From: Paraspadella gotoi
Lineage: Eukaryota; Animalia; Chaetognatha
DNA: 64,000 nt
Reading direction: 5' to 3'
NCBI GenBank assembly: GCA_051294375.1
Contig: CM119263.1
Span: forward strand, 14,090,414-14,154,413
Under the pieces are notes generated by a model. The model had not been told where the DNA came from. It saw only the letters and a list, made by a program, of their open reading frames with translations, and made no database searches. The position numbers were made by a program, and so were the translations under genes. Below are positions 50,661-64,000 of this stretch, one piece after another. Positions within the stretch are counted from its first letter, which is position 1. Each line of letters begins with the position of its first letter.

Positions 50661-50900
50661 CTATTTTTTTCTTTCTTTGGTACAATATTTTTTAGAGATT
50701 TTTTTTCTTCCAAAATACATCGATCAATAAAGGGAACGAAAATTCGTAGCAAAAACAAACAAAGGGAAAAAAAAGATGAAGAATGAGTCTTAAATCTTTT
50801 TTCTTTTTTTTTTCTTTTTAAGAAAACTTTTCAACACGAAATGTGCGGATCTTAATCTGAGTTGATAATAAGAATATAAAAAAATAGGAAAAGAATGAGA

Positions 50901-50953
<53 letters not shown>

Positions 50954-52208
50954 AGAAGAGAGAGAGAGGTATAAGCTTAAAAAAAACGCCGTAAACAACG
51001 CTTGAAAAAACTATCGTAAAAAAACCCTCGTGCGATAGAGAAAGGCCGGTGTGCGGTGAAGTTGCTGTTTGTTTTAATCATTTGTTTATTCATTCCTATC
51101 AACGGCAAATTCAGCGCCCTCCCGCGCTTGTTTGCTCGGATAACGCTGTTGCAAAGGAAAAGAACAAAACCTTTTTTTTCTTCTTAGTGTTTTTCTTCGT
51201 ATGCTTTTCTGTTAAGTTTTAAAAGGCCCGAGTTGTTTTTGTTTTTTCTTAATTTATTTGGATGGAGAAAGAGCGAAACTAAAGATGAGAAACACGGCCA
51301 CGTGCGTCAGTTTATTTCACAATTTCCGTCGAGTCTTGGAGTCGCGTATTCCTCGATTTCGAGGAACTGAATCGTTCGTGACTTTTGACGTGACAGTCGC
51401 GACGCGATCGCGTGACGATTGCGTCACGATCGCGATTTCTTCGAGGGTCACAATTTGTTTGAGAGGCACCGACCCTCGCCCCTCGCTACATTGTTTACAT
51501 TGAATGCATTGAATAGACAAAGCTCGGCTCGTGCGTGAGGAAAAGAGAGAGAGAGAGAGAGAGTGTGTGTGTGTGTGTACCCTAACCTGGAACGAAGTAT
51601 TTTACTCACGGTACAAATTTGAATCTGCCCTTTTCAGTTGTAGCTCTTTATTCAGGTTGTACTAAAAAGAATCATCCGGTTCTCGACCTCGCGAGCTCAT
51701 AGATTCACCTCAAGACTAAATACATCTCGGTTTCCTGCTCCCAATATGCAGCAATCCTCAACAAATCGTAGAGCCGCTCAGTTTCCATCTTTGTCATCGT
51801 CTCCAACATCACATCACCACCAACGCCGTCGCCGTCGCCCTTGCCCCAAACCCTCCGTCCTCGCCATCGTCACCACCACCGACGCCACCCTCCTTTAGCT
51901 TTATCGGGCACCGGACCCGCCCGGCGGTGTAGAAGCAACGTAATGCCATTCCCGGCGCCGTTACTCGAACCTGGGCTGACGACTGAAAAGCGAGGGTCGA
52001 GCCGAGGAGCTGCCAGGATCGTGACAAACGAGCGACCCGGAGAATATACAAGGCTAAAGAGTTCAAAGTGGAGAGCGAGAGCGAGAGAGGGAGAGAGCGG
52101 AAAAATACAGAAAGAAATGAAGAGAGAGAAATAAAGAAAGGGAAATAAAGAGTTAAAGAAATTAGTATTGGTAAGAAACAATATGACGGGAGACTGTAAA
52201 AGGGTTGA

Positions 52209-52250
<42 letters not shown>

Positions 52251-54326
52251 TTGATGCATCAATCAAAGCGTATGAAAGCTTCTCTAGACCTTTCAAGACG
52301 ACGACAACGAATAAAAAAGTGGAAAGGGGATAAAGGTCCTTGGGTTTGATTTTCTCCTCAACTGAATTCTATCTTTGCTCAAAATGAGTGGAAACGAGGG
52401 AGATGGCGACCGGGCATGACTGGAGGAGATGGCTCGAGGGACGGGGCGCTTTTTAAGATATATATGAGGGAGAAAGAAGCGAGGGATTTCTCAAAGCGGT
52501 GAGAGTTTTGAAGTTTTGAGAAGAGGAAATTCGAGCTTCACGACTGGCGAATTTCAGGCGAATTTCTGGCCAAAAGTCGTTGGTAGTGGGCTTCTTTTTT
52601 TTTTTTTTTTTTTTTTGACGTCGCAATAATTCATGAGCCTCGGATTCGAAATATTTAGGCGGCGGAAAGTGATGGATTAACTTTGAAATTGGCTGTGACA
52701 AATGCGCGAATTGAATGTAAAAACGTTTTTATAATCAAGCGGCGAACAAAACTCTCCGAAAATTTCGAGTAAAATCAAAACAAAATGAAAAAAATAAACT
52801 AACAAAAACAGAAAGAAAAAAAACCAACTGAAAACTTTATTTAAAACTGTTCTCGATTTACACCAAAGAAACGGGCGAATCATATCTGCTGGAAACTCAT
52901 CAATCAGCGTCCGAAAAATTTGAAATTTTTGTTACCAACTTCATTTTCGATTTTTTTCTTCTTTTTTTTTCAAGTCTTTTTTGTTTGATCAAAAGCAGAA
53001 AAAGTTCGACAATGGAAGCGCAGAAAAAAAAAAGACAAGGAAAAAAAAAGTTTTCAAGGATAATATTTTGTCGGTTCTTCAAACTTTTTTTGTTGGCAAG
53101 AGTCTTTCACGGGGGCTTATCGCTGAAAACGTCTTCGCGATCACTGATAACATCGATATAAAAATCAAACGCGAGATCAACCTTAAAAAAATAGAGAGAG
53201 AAAGAAGCAGAAACTTAGTCCAAAGGGAAAAAAGAACGCTATCATATGAAGTAAGAGGAAATAATAAACGTCACCTTCGTATTTTATACGTAGTAATAAA
53301 AAACTTACCAAGAAAACAAGAAAGAAAGAAAAAAAGAAAGAAAGAAAGAAAGAAAGAAAGAGAGAAAGAGAGAAAGAGAGAAAGAGAGAAAGAGAGAAAG
53401 AGAGAAAGAAAGAAAAACGAAAAGAAAAGAAAGAATGAAAATGATCGCCATCACTTTGGTTCTCATGGTTTTCTAATCCTTAATCCAAATTTTCTGTTTC
53501 CTCGCAGATCTCGCGTCCACTCCTCCCATTCAACTCGCGAATGGAAACTCAAAAAATGCAATTTCGAAGGAGATCAGTTTTTCTAGCCTCGTGGAGATTT
53601 CGTTGCCAGATATATGAAGTAGTTTTTAGTTTCAATTTTGTACAATTTTAAATCAGTCTACTTGAAAAAGAAAAAGGATTGTGCGATTTTCAATACGTAC
53701 ATACATCCTCACATATCTTACAATAGTTGTAATTAATCAGATTATCGTTGGAACGAAGGAATGTTATGAGTCTAAACTTTTAAGGTGAAATATTGAGACA
53801 GATTGGTTCCAGATAATGAAGTTGGGTCCATCAATCACTAAATCTCTTTCCGTACTTTATTTTTTAGTTACCAATGCTGGTTTATACCATTTGATTTTAT
53901 TTATAAAAGTTTTGAGTTACCAGAGAGAGAGAGAGAGAGAGAGAGACGTCGATCAAATCGACGCTTTGCAAAGCCGCAAAGAATACAAAGCCGACGACGA
54001 CGACAACGACGACGTCGAAGCCTCTTGACTCTGTCCGCTTTAAAGGAATAAGAGAACCGATACGATTGGATCCCTTTGATTCGTCGCCTCTCTGTGTCCT
54101 CGTCGTCGTCGTCGACGAATTTGTCGGTTCTCGTCGTTCCACTGGTCGTCGTCGTTGTCACAGAGCCGCGTCCCTTCGTTTCGTCGTCGTCGTTGTCGGT
54201 CGTCGTCGTTCGTCGTCGTCGTCCGTCGTCGCCGATTCCGATTCTTTTCCTTTGATTTTTTATCCATTTCTCTCGTTCTCTCGTTCTACCCGGCGAATCT
54301 CTCTCTCTCTCTCTCTTCTCTCTCTT

Positions 54327-54366
<40 letters not shown>

Positions 54367-54371
54367 TCTCT

Positions 54372-54408
<37 letters not shown>

Positions 54409-55928
54409 AGAACAGTGATTGTTTTGTTCGCGAACATTTATTTTTTTAAGTATTTAGTGTCATTGACGATCGAGTTGATTCCATCGATTCCATCGATTTT
54501 CTTTTTGATTTTAATCGATTTTCTTTGAATTATTTGTAATATTTTACTAATCTCACTTGACGATATACATTTATTATATCTCGTTTATTCCCCCCCCCCA
54601 GATTTCTCCGTTCTCCGTATTCTTTTTTTCAATTTTTCCGCATCCGAACTGGTTTTCCGGGGGGTTTTCCTTCATTGATTCCGGCGAATCTTCAAGACGA
54701 AGACTCGGCCGCCGACCGCAATCCCGCTCCCCAGCGTCGCGTCGAATCCCCGGAGAGGATCGTCGACTCGCGTCCGTCGGAAATTCGCAAATAAAAAAAA
54801 GAAGAAGAAAGAGAAAGAGAAAGGAAAAGAAAAACGACGACGAGAAAAGGCTGAAACAAAAAACATCGCGTACTTCGTCCGAAACTCAGAATCGAAAATC
54901 GGCGAAAGCGGAGGAAAACAATTTCGAAAAGAAGCGAAGAAGAAAATAGAGAAAGAATCGCGGTCGTCGATTAAAAGAAATTCGCTAAATTGAGTTTTGT
55001 TTCCCCGATTAAAAAAAAAAAATAGACGAAAGGAAAAAAAAAAATCCACGAATTGAAAAATTAAAGAATCCCCTCTCTCATTTTCGTGATCATCGACGTC
55101 GTCGTCGTCGGATCGAACATCATTATCTGGTCCATCCCCCGTTTCTTCCTTCGAGCTTCCTTTTGCGCCCCCCCCATCTTTTTTTTCACCCCTTCCAATT
55201 TACGGGGAAATTCTACCAGTTATTTCTCTTTCCCTTAATGAAAAAAAAACTATTTTGATTCCGAACTCCACCCACTATTTTTTTATTCCCAATTTGTAAA
55301 GTTTCATCGGGTCACTTCAAGAATCCCAGAAAAATTTCGAACCTGGAATCTTCGATCGCCGTTCGACCTTTTCGATTTTCCCAATCGTTTCTCCCTCTCA
55401 CCCCCGGACCTTCCGCTGAGCGCCCAAACCCCGCACCCACCGTCTCGAGCCCCCTATCGCCGCCGCTCTCATCATCGTTTTTCAATCGACCCAAGAAGAG
55501 AGAAAAGAGAGACCCAGAGAGAGAAAGATAGAGAAGAGAGAGAGAAAGAAAAAGAAATTTAACTAGTCCCACGCGGCCGAGTCGAAGGGGCGGGGGCCGA
55601 AAGCACAAAAAAAAAAAAAAAAAACAACACGAGGAATAAAACTAAGAAAAAGGATTCCCTTTTTTCTTGAGGTTTTTCTCATTTTTTTCCCTTTTTAATT
55701 TCGTATTCTCCTCCCTCCGGCCTCTCCCCCCTCCTCGTCTTCGTCTTCTCCCTCGTCATCGTCGTATCGTGGCTCTCTCTCCAACTTTATTTCTTTTCTT
55801 CTTCTCCGCATGCTCTCCGCCTTTTTTAATGCACAAAAACAGACTCTTCGGCATCGGGAGCGGATAGACACATAATCAATCAACCTCTTCACATTTCCCC
55901 TCTTTTCTGCCGCTCCCTTCGACGAGAG

Positions 55929-55977
<49 letters not shown>

Positions 55978-56129
55978 TAGAGTTTGTTTCTTTCTCGATC
56001 AAAGTTCAAAGAGAGAAAAACGTCCAAGTGATAAGTAGAGAAAAAGAGACCCCGAAAAAAAGGCTCAAACACCGCCGTCTTTTTGACGTCATTCCTCGCG
56101 CGGACTTCGCGTTAGATTTTAAGCAAAAA

Positions 56130-56191
<62 letters not shown>

Positions 56192-57406
56192 AGAGAAGAG
56201 AGAGAAGAGAGAGAAGGGAGAGGAGGAGAGGAAAAAAAAAGAAAAAAGGAAGAAAAGAAAAGGAGAAAAGAGAAAAGAAAAAAATACTGCCTACGAAGAG
56301 AGAAAAAAGATTGAGAGAGAGCACACAGAGTTAAAGAAATCCGCGTCAAATTCCGCTGAGTCGTGAATCACTCGACTCCTCGTAAAAAAAAACGAAACTC
56401 GGGAACCTCCAGTTCTTTTTTCTTCTTTATCCAAAACATCCGCCATTTTCGAGGAAAGAAAAAGAAATATCAACAAAAGAGAAAAAAAAATAAGGAGAAA
56501 TCTTGCGAAAAACGTTAACGGCGGGAAGCAGCGCCACCTACGCCGCATTAAAAATAAGACTATAAAAATAAGACGGGCGCGTTTTTATTGCCTTCTGTCT
56601 TTACATCTCACTTTGGTCTCGCGAACACAAGAGAGAGAGACAGAGACGAAAGAGATAGAGAGAAAAAACTTTTCACCCTCCTCCTCCTCTTCCTCCTCCT
56701 CTCCCCCTCCCATCGAACGAAAAACCCGTAGAGCCTGGGTTTGTTTTTACCGAGAGAGAACGAGAGAGAGAGAGAGATACCAGCTCCTCTTCCTCTTCCT
56801 CTTCCCCCTCTTCATCATCATCGTCATCATCTTTACTAGCCTTCTTCAGTCGGACTCGCTCTCTCTCGTTCTTCGCATCACCCCGCACAACTGCTGGTGG
56901 CTCGAAATAAAAAAAAAAATAAAAAAAACCTTCCTCTCGCTCTCTCTTTAAATCAATCGTCGTCGTGCATCGCCCTCCTCACTCTCCCCGCCCCAACTAT
57001 CCCCCACTTCCCACTCTTACCTTTCGCCCCCAATGATCCAAATTCTGACCCTAAAAGGATAGAAATATGTGGTTGACTCCTTCAACGACCCGACGAACGA
57101 CTGCGGCTCCTTTCGAAGCACTCCGACGCGTTCCAATCCCTCCGACACTCTCCAAGTGATCGTCGGAAGCCGACTCTTTTGTTTTTCCGTCGTAAAAGTC
57201 TTTTTTTTAAAAATTCATAAAAAAAAAACAAATTAAAAATAAAACTTTAATTTTCATCGATTTTCACCCCGGACTTTGAAGTCTCGAAAGAAATCAAAAT
57301 TAAGCTTCGTTTTTGAAAAGAGCGATAAAACTGTGAGAAAATCGACATTGATATAAAAAAAACTTATTCGTTCCCTTTTTTTCACTAAGCGCCAGTTTTT
57401 CTCGAG

Positions 57407-60400
57407 ATGGAGACGTTTACTCAAATTCCCTCGGAAGTGGAGGCGACGCAGTTGACGATGCTATCGACGAGGCATTACGAACGGCGACGGTCGTCTCAGG
57501 ACGAAGAGGACTCTCGCTCGCCCCGTGAACGAAGCTACGTCTCCGAAGTCTCCAAGACGCGTTCGACGTCTCCATCCTTCAGACCGCGACCCTCTATCAT
57601 CGAAAACTCTCGTCGCCATAGCAACCATCCCACGATGGGCGGCGTGCGCTTTCGTTCTCGCCCTCGACGAACGGGCGCCGCGCCCTCGTCGCCCTCGAGA
57701 GTTTCCTTCGTGTTCGCTTTTATCGTCGCCTTCCTCGTCGCGCCCTCGGCTTGTCAATTGTACTCGGAGCCCCATCATTATGGTATCCCGGGGTCGGACG
57801 TAATGCGTAAATGCGACCCGATCAAGATCGAAATGTGTCGCGGACTCGGCTACAACGTTACGGGAATGCCCAACCTAGTTGGTCACGAACTGCAGCAAGA
57901 CGCCGAGCTGCAGCTGCAGACCTTTACTCCCCTCATCCAGTGCGGCTGCAGCAAAAAGTTGAAGTTCTTTCTGTGCAGCGTCTATGTGCCTATGTGCACG
58001 GAAAAGGTGCTCCAACCTATCGGACCTTGCAGGCCGCTGTGCGAGAGCGTGAGGAAAAGATGTCATCCTGTTTTGCAGGTAGCAATCCCATGAGATGGAA
58101 ATGAGCATTTATGTATATTTTAGTCTTAGGCTAGTTTTTACCCAAAATAGTTCAGCAGTTAATATTTATCAATAGTTTATTCAAAAAATAAAAAATTTAC
58201 TCTGACAAATCGAGGAAAAATATTTTTAATTATTGCTTTTTGTTTCTAAAATGGTGAAATACTTTAATACTAATGAAAATTAAAATAAAAATAAGTAGGT
58301 TGGATCTTTAAAAATACAAGGTGACACTCGACAACCCGCCGTTAGAAAAAAAGTATCATTTGCAAACCTGTGAATATTTTTTTAATCTGAAAGATTTTTT
58401 TTGTATTAAAAACTCAATTTTGTATTGATTGGTTATTTGACTTGGCCATGAGCGGAAAAAGTTGCTTTAAAAATCGTCTTTAATTTTAAAACTCAAATTT
58501 TTTTTTCAATCTTTTTGTCTAATTTTCTGAACATTTTTTAAAGAATTTTTACATTAAAAGGTATCAATATTAATATCTTCTGAAAGCTCTTAAAAATTTG
58601 AAGAAAATTATATATTTAAGATTTAAGAATATTATAACATAAAAATAAGCTTAACCAGCTTTAGTTTAATCAAGGTAATCAAAATTAAAATAATAAAATC
58701 CTAAAATATTTTTTTTCAAATATCTGATCTATTTCCACTATAATGAAATTTAACAATAATTAAATAATTATTCCAAAACTGCTTTTTAAGAATTTTTAAT
58801 TCAATAATTATCATAGTTTTGATTACCTTTTTTGATTTAAAGCTGGATAAGCTAATTTTCTTATTTTCAAGAGCTTTCAGAAGATATTAATATTGATACC
58901 TTTTTAATTAAAATTTATAAAAAAATATTTAAAAAGTTAAAAAAACAGATTGAATAAAAACAATTAGTTTTAAAATGAAAAACGATTTTAAAGACAACTT
59001 TTCTCCACTCTTTGCCAAAGTCAAATCAAAAACAATCAATATAATCAATAATAAAATTTAAATATATAAATGATTTTGGTTTTTACTACAGAAAAAATCT
59101 TCACAAGTTTGAAAATAATGATTTTTTTTTAGCGGCGGGTTGTCGTGTGTCACCTTGTATACATACATACATACCATGTTCTTGTAAAAACGTAATATGA
59201 TATTATATCTACTAAAAAAATCAAACATGCACCTTTCTGTTTAAATCTAAAATAAAGTTTTGAAAACCTTATGGAGTATGGAGTAAGTGTAAATAAAGTC
59301 TTATCAATCCATTCGATTACAAATCTTAAAACTTCGAAAAGAAAGTTTAACTAAACGAATATTTTTTTTTTGGTCGAATGATCCTTCGCGGTAGTCCTCC
59401 CAACGAATCGATCACCCTTTGCATTACTTTTATTATACTCACAAAAACTTTAGTTGCCCATTACGTCGTAATTTCGAGAATAAAAACGTTAAGAGGCGAA
59501 AAAAGACTGCTACGAAAACCTTTCGAAAACATTTTCCAGGCCGCCGGTTCTCAAAAAATAATCTTTCGCCCACTTCCCATCGCCCTTCCTGACCCTTTAC
59601 CCCTTTTTCTCTGCCCTCCCCACCCCTTTCGTGTCAGGAATTCGGATTTCCCTGGCCGCCCGTGCTCAACTGCTCACAGTTCCCCCCGGAAAACAACCAG
59701 GATCACATGTGCATGGAAGGTCCTAACGTGAAAGAGGACAAAATGCCGCTCATCCCAAGTCGTCGGCCGAACATCCCAGTGCACCCCGGCGAACCAACGA
59801 CCAAGCACCCTCTCGGCCCATGGGTCGGGCCACACAAGAAAGGCTGCTCCCACCTGCGCCACCCGGAGCGGTTCCACTACGTCAACCGGACCGAGTCCTG
59901 CGCCCAATTGTGCAACGCGGACGGGGTCTTCACCCGGGAGAATCGAGCCTTCGCCGAGGTGTGGATGGCCGTTTGGAGCTTCCTCTGCTTCGTGTCGACC
60001 ATGTTCACCGTCCTCACCTTCCTCGTCGACTCCTCGCGCTTTAAGTATCCCGAGAAGCCGATCATCTTTCTTAGCATGTGCTACATGGTCTATTCTATCG
60101 CCTACGTAGTCCGCTTTGCCGCCGGTCGCCACTCCATCGCCTGCGACCGCGTGGACAACTCCAACGCGGAGATCGTTATTCAGGAGGGGCTCCACAACAC
60201 CGACTGCGCCATCGTCTTCCTGCTGCTCTACTTTTTCGGGTCGGCCTCAGCAATCTGGTGGATCGTGCTCACCTTGACATGGTTCCTCGCCGCGGGTCTC
60301 AAGTGGGGCCATGAGGCCATTGAGCTACACTCGTCCTACTTTCACCTGGCGTCTTGGGGCATCCCGGCCGTCAAGACCATCGTCATCCTCGTGATGCGCA

Positions 60401-61122
60401 ACGTGGACGCGGACGAGTTGACGGGCATGTGTTTCGTGGGCAACCAGCGGCTGGACACACTGCTGCGGTTCGTGCTGGTGCCTCTCTTCGTCTACCTCCT
60501 TGTCGGCACCTTCTTTCTCCTCGCCGGCTTCGTCGCCCTTTTTCGCATCCGGCGTCACATGAAAAACGACGGGACCAAGACGGACAAGTTGGAGGTGCTG
60601 ATGGTGCGCATCGGCATTTTTTCGGTGCTGTACACGGTCCCGGCGACTTGCGTCGTCGCCTGCCACTTTTACGAATACTCCAGCCGGGAATCCTGGATCG
60701 CCGCCGGGTCCAACGCCACGCCAAACATCGAGATCTTCATGCTGAAGATCTTCATGTCCCTCGTCGTCGGCATCACCTCCGGGATGTGGATCTGGTCGAC
60801 CAAGACGCTCAATTCTTGGCGCAAATTCACCTCGAGACTTTTCAACAAAAATAAACAGTCGGCCGGGACTCAGCCGCCGCAGGTGCCGGGCGCCGCGCAT
60901 CTGTCGCCTGGCGGGGCGGCCGCCATGGGTTGTCACGTGGGAGCGGTAGGCCCCGTCATGGGCCACCCCAACGTTCACTCTCTCCCCATCATTCCGCACC
61001 ATGCCTCGTCGACGACGGGCTACTCGTCCCAAACCATCGCCACTAAAAGTGCCATCAGACTTAAGGACAAACCCGGTAACGGGCGCTACTGTAAGACGAA
61101 GAACAGGGAAGCTATAGTTTAA
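57407..61122 (+). CDS. FZD4: Frizzled-4 (exon 1 to 58078; exon 2 59638-61122)
   Basis: [46 protein letters not shown]...[27 protein letters not shown] is Fz4-type; 7TM region; KTLNSW motif. The true start may be the downstream ATG at 57634 (MGGVR...), which precedes the signal peptide. Confidence 0.92.
58317..59157. mobile_element. Non-autonomous foldback DNA transposon (MITE, Tc1/mariner-like) in the fz4 intron
   Basis: TA|CAAGGTGACACTCGACAACCCGCC ... GGCGGGTTGTCGTGTGTCACCTTG|TA. Internal blocks are also inverted (ggtatcaatattaatatcttctgaaagctctt vs aagagctttcagaagatattaatattgatacc). Confidence 0.85.
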
Positions 61123-61765
61123 CTAAAAATCTTCTCCCTTTATTAAAAGTATAAGTTTTAGTTTTTTTTTGGTTTTTTTTAAATAAGAAAATTGAAATAT
61201 TTTTTTTATTGATCGCGCCTTTCACGCTTCGGAGTTTATTTTTTACCAGATCAGTTTTTCGCATTATGTTAGTTATTATCTTTTTAGTCTCGTGTACAAT
61301 GCAACAGCTTTAGATTTTTATTTAAAACAGAACTCTTCCTCCTTCTCCCGTCGGAGATAAATATTTTTTGGCTTTTTTTCCTTTCCGTCTGGACCCGCCA
61401 AAGTGTTTTCGTTATGTTCTTGAATTTTTAAGAAAACACAAATAAAATAACAAATTTCCGAAGATACGAATAGCACGATAACACTTTTTTCTTTTCCTGG
61501 TTGGAAAATGAGAGGGAGTAACATAAAATTCATCCATTCATCATTCAAACTTTCGGATTATACGCGTAGTTAAAAAAAAACAACAACTCGGTTTTAGTTT
61601 TATTCGAAAATAAATATATCTTTTTTGTTCGAATTTGAGTTTTGGATTTTTCGACTGAAAACTTTGTAGCAGAGCGAAGGCCGCTGTCTTAGATCAACTA
61701 GTCTCATTCAACTAAGACATCATTAATCAGCCGAAAAAATTTTGGCAGGTTCCGAACTCAAAAAC

Positions 61766-61880
<115 letters not shown>

Positions 61881-62289
61881 ATTTCTCATATATTTCCGAC
61901 TGCATTCATTTGTTTCTCTTTTTCATTATCCATTTTAGCTTTACCCACTACCCAGCCCTGCTCTCTAATCTCTATTCGTACTCACTCCACTAGTGCTCTC
62001 CTCTTCTATTCTCTATTTTAACTGGTCCTCTCCGCTACAACCCTAACCAAAGAATTTTTCCCTCTCGGGCAAATTGTTTTAACCCGTCTATTCATTCAGT
62101 CATTCAGATTTTTCTTTATTTTTGAAAGGCCTAAAATTACAGAGAGAGCCTTTCTCACCAGAGGGGCCCGATGTCAAAAATAATTTGGCACAAGCTTTAT
62201 CATTTACTTCTACTTTCAACCACCGAAGTTTTTCTTTTAACTCTGTATCGGTACGATTTTTTTTCCTTTTCTTGCTTTCTTTCTTTTTT

Positions 62290-62389
<100 letters not shown>

Positions 62390-64000
62390 TTTTTCTTTCT
62401 TTCTTTTTTCTTTCTTTCTTTTTTTATTTTTTTTCTCTCCCTTCCCCCTCCCTCTTTCACCCTCTCTAGTTCACCTGCCCAACGTTTCATCAGGGAGACG
62501 AGATGGCTGTAGATTAATGATAAACTCATCTTATGATAGCCGAACGGCCAATTTTTATTTTCTAAAACTGAAAAATCTCTCTGTTCTACTATTTTTTATT
62601 TTCTTCTTTGACTTTCGAGCTTCGAGTCCCTTAAATTCCGATTTTTCTCTTCCGTTGTTTGTTTTCCTTTTTGCTCATCATCGCCATTTTTTTTTTCTGG
62701 CGTCGGATCTCGGAATATTCATTCATCCTCCCCGCCATTCGTCTGTTTATTCTTTGTTGACATTGACATTTCTGATTGTTTTAACTGATAAAGTTCCGCG
62801 TTGATTTTTCTGTTTACTCTCTCTCGTTCTCCACCGGTCCAACCCTCTTGTTTTCGTTCAATACTTACTTTTCACCGTTTGCGAAGTTTTCACTTTCACT
62901 ACATTCCACTTTTTTTTTTGTTTACAGTATTTTATTTTCAAACTTTCCTAAAACACCCTGTCTACCTATTCCACTCCCCTATTTTTCTCCATTTAACTTT
63001 CTTCTACTAACTATCACCTTTTCCCTCATTCGAAAAACTTTCCAGTCGCCGAGTGATCTCTGAATCGATTCTCTCCCCTACTCCGATGAAATGCATTCAC
63101 ACACTTTTTTTACTCCATTTTTTTTCGCGTTTATCTTTTCTTTCTTATCTCGAGTTTGTGGTAAGGGAGATCCAGTTCCTTCTCTTCCATTCATCTCGCT
63201 CTCGTGTGTAGCTTTTCAACCAGAGAATTTTAAAACCGAAAAGAGTAATTTTTTTAAGAACGAAATTTTTTAAAGGCGACGCGAAGGAAAAAAGTACAGA
63301 AACCAAACTGGAATCGACGTTCTCGCTTCTTTGTTGTTATGTACCCGTTGCGCATTTCGACTTAATGAGATTATCATGTTTGCCATTTTCCGTCCCTTCC
63401 TTCCCCCCCCTCTTTATTTTAGTCCCGCCTACATCCGCCCCCCATACGCGTGTGATGCGAATAATTTTTATTTTCGTTGTAGTTTTTCCCTTTTTTTTTT
63501 AAATTTGGTTTTTTTCTCTAAATAAAAATTCGAGGTAGAACTGTCTGGACGGTAAAGTGAACCACGAACCCGCTTTTATCAACGTTTTTGTAATCTTCCG
63601 TAGTAAATTATACACCCTTCGGCTTTATGGCAAAGGGTTACCCCATGCCTGGATCATTGAACGGTTATTATCGTTTCACAGCCTGCCCCAACCCCAACGA
63701 GGCTTGAAAAAAAACAACGAATGATTACATACATATTCCATTCTATAAAAAAACAACCGTTAACTTTATCATTAAAGATATTAAACTTTTATTGTTGGTG
63801 CAGTTGATGAGACAGCTGTACCAAGTAATAAAGTTTTGTTTACAAAGAAAAGTAATCTTGTGTACATACAAATAACTGATTTAATATCCCTTAACGAGGT
63901 TCCTGAAAAGGTCGGCCGGAGATACTATTTTTTTATTGTATCCAATCTTCAGCCGAATTTTTCAGAAATTTTTTTACACTACATATTCCGCTACTTGAAA

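Noticed and set aside
50249-50786. Phe/Ser/Leu- or Lys/Glu/Arg-rich ORFs (also at 21541, 30707, 52981, 53901 and 62122)
   Set aside because: Simple-repeat artefacts.
59674-61032. Long antisense and alternate-frame ORFs over fz4 exon 2
   Set aside because: Expected shadow ORFs of a GC3-rich coding sequence.

Overview
Intron-rich, AT-rich animal genomic DNA, probably from an invertebrate protostome judging by the spastin motifs. The first 32 kb hold 11 tightly packed genes, all on the + strand, with stop-to-ATG gaps of about 150-660 bp. Ten are recognisable cilium or basal-body genes from different protein families: TMEM237, BBOF1/CCDC176, CCDC148, BBS2, CFAP299, EFHC1, BBS5, LRRC43, DNAAF2/kintoun and LRGUK. 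The eleventh is an unrecognised 8-exon ORF. The layout looks like a function-specific (ciliary) operon-like or polycistronic cluster, possibly resolved by trans-splicing. Next come a convergent spastin gene (- strand), an ~18 kb gene-poor, microsatellite-rich spacer and a two-exon Frizzled-4 gene. Also present are four GC-AG introns, Penelope-like remnants carrying minimal hammerhead-ribozyme motifs, a TA-flanked foldback MITE and several dispersed repeat families. Gene identities come from remembered protein motifs and hand-traced splicing; no searches were run.
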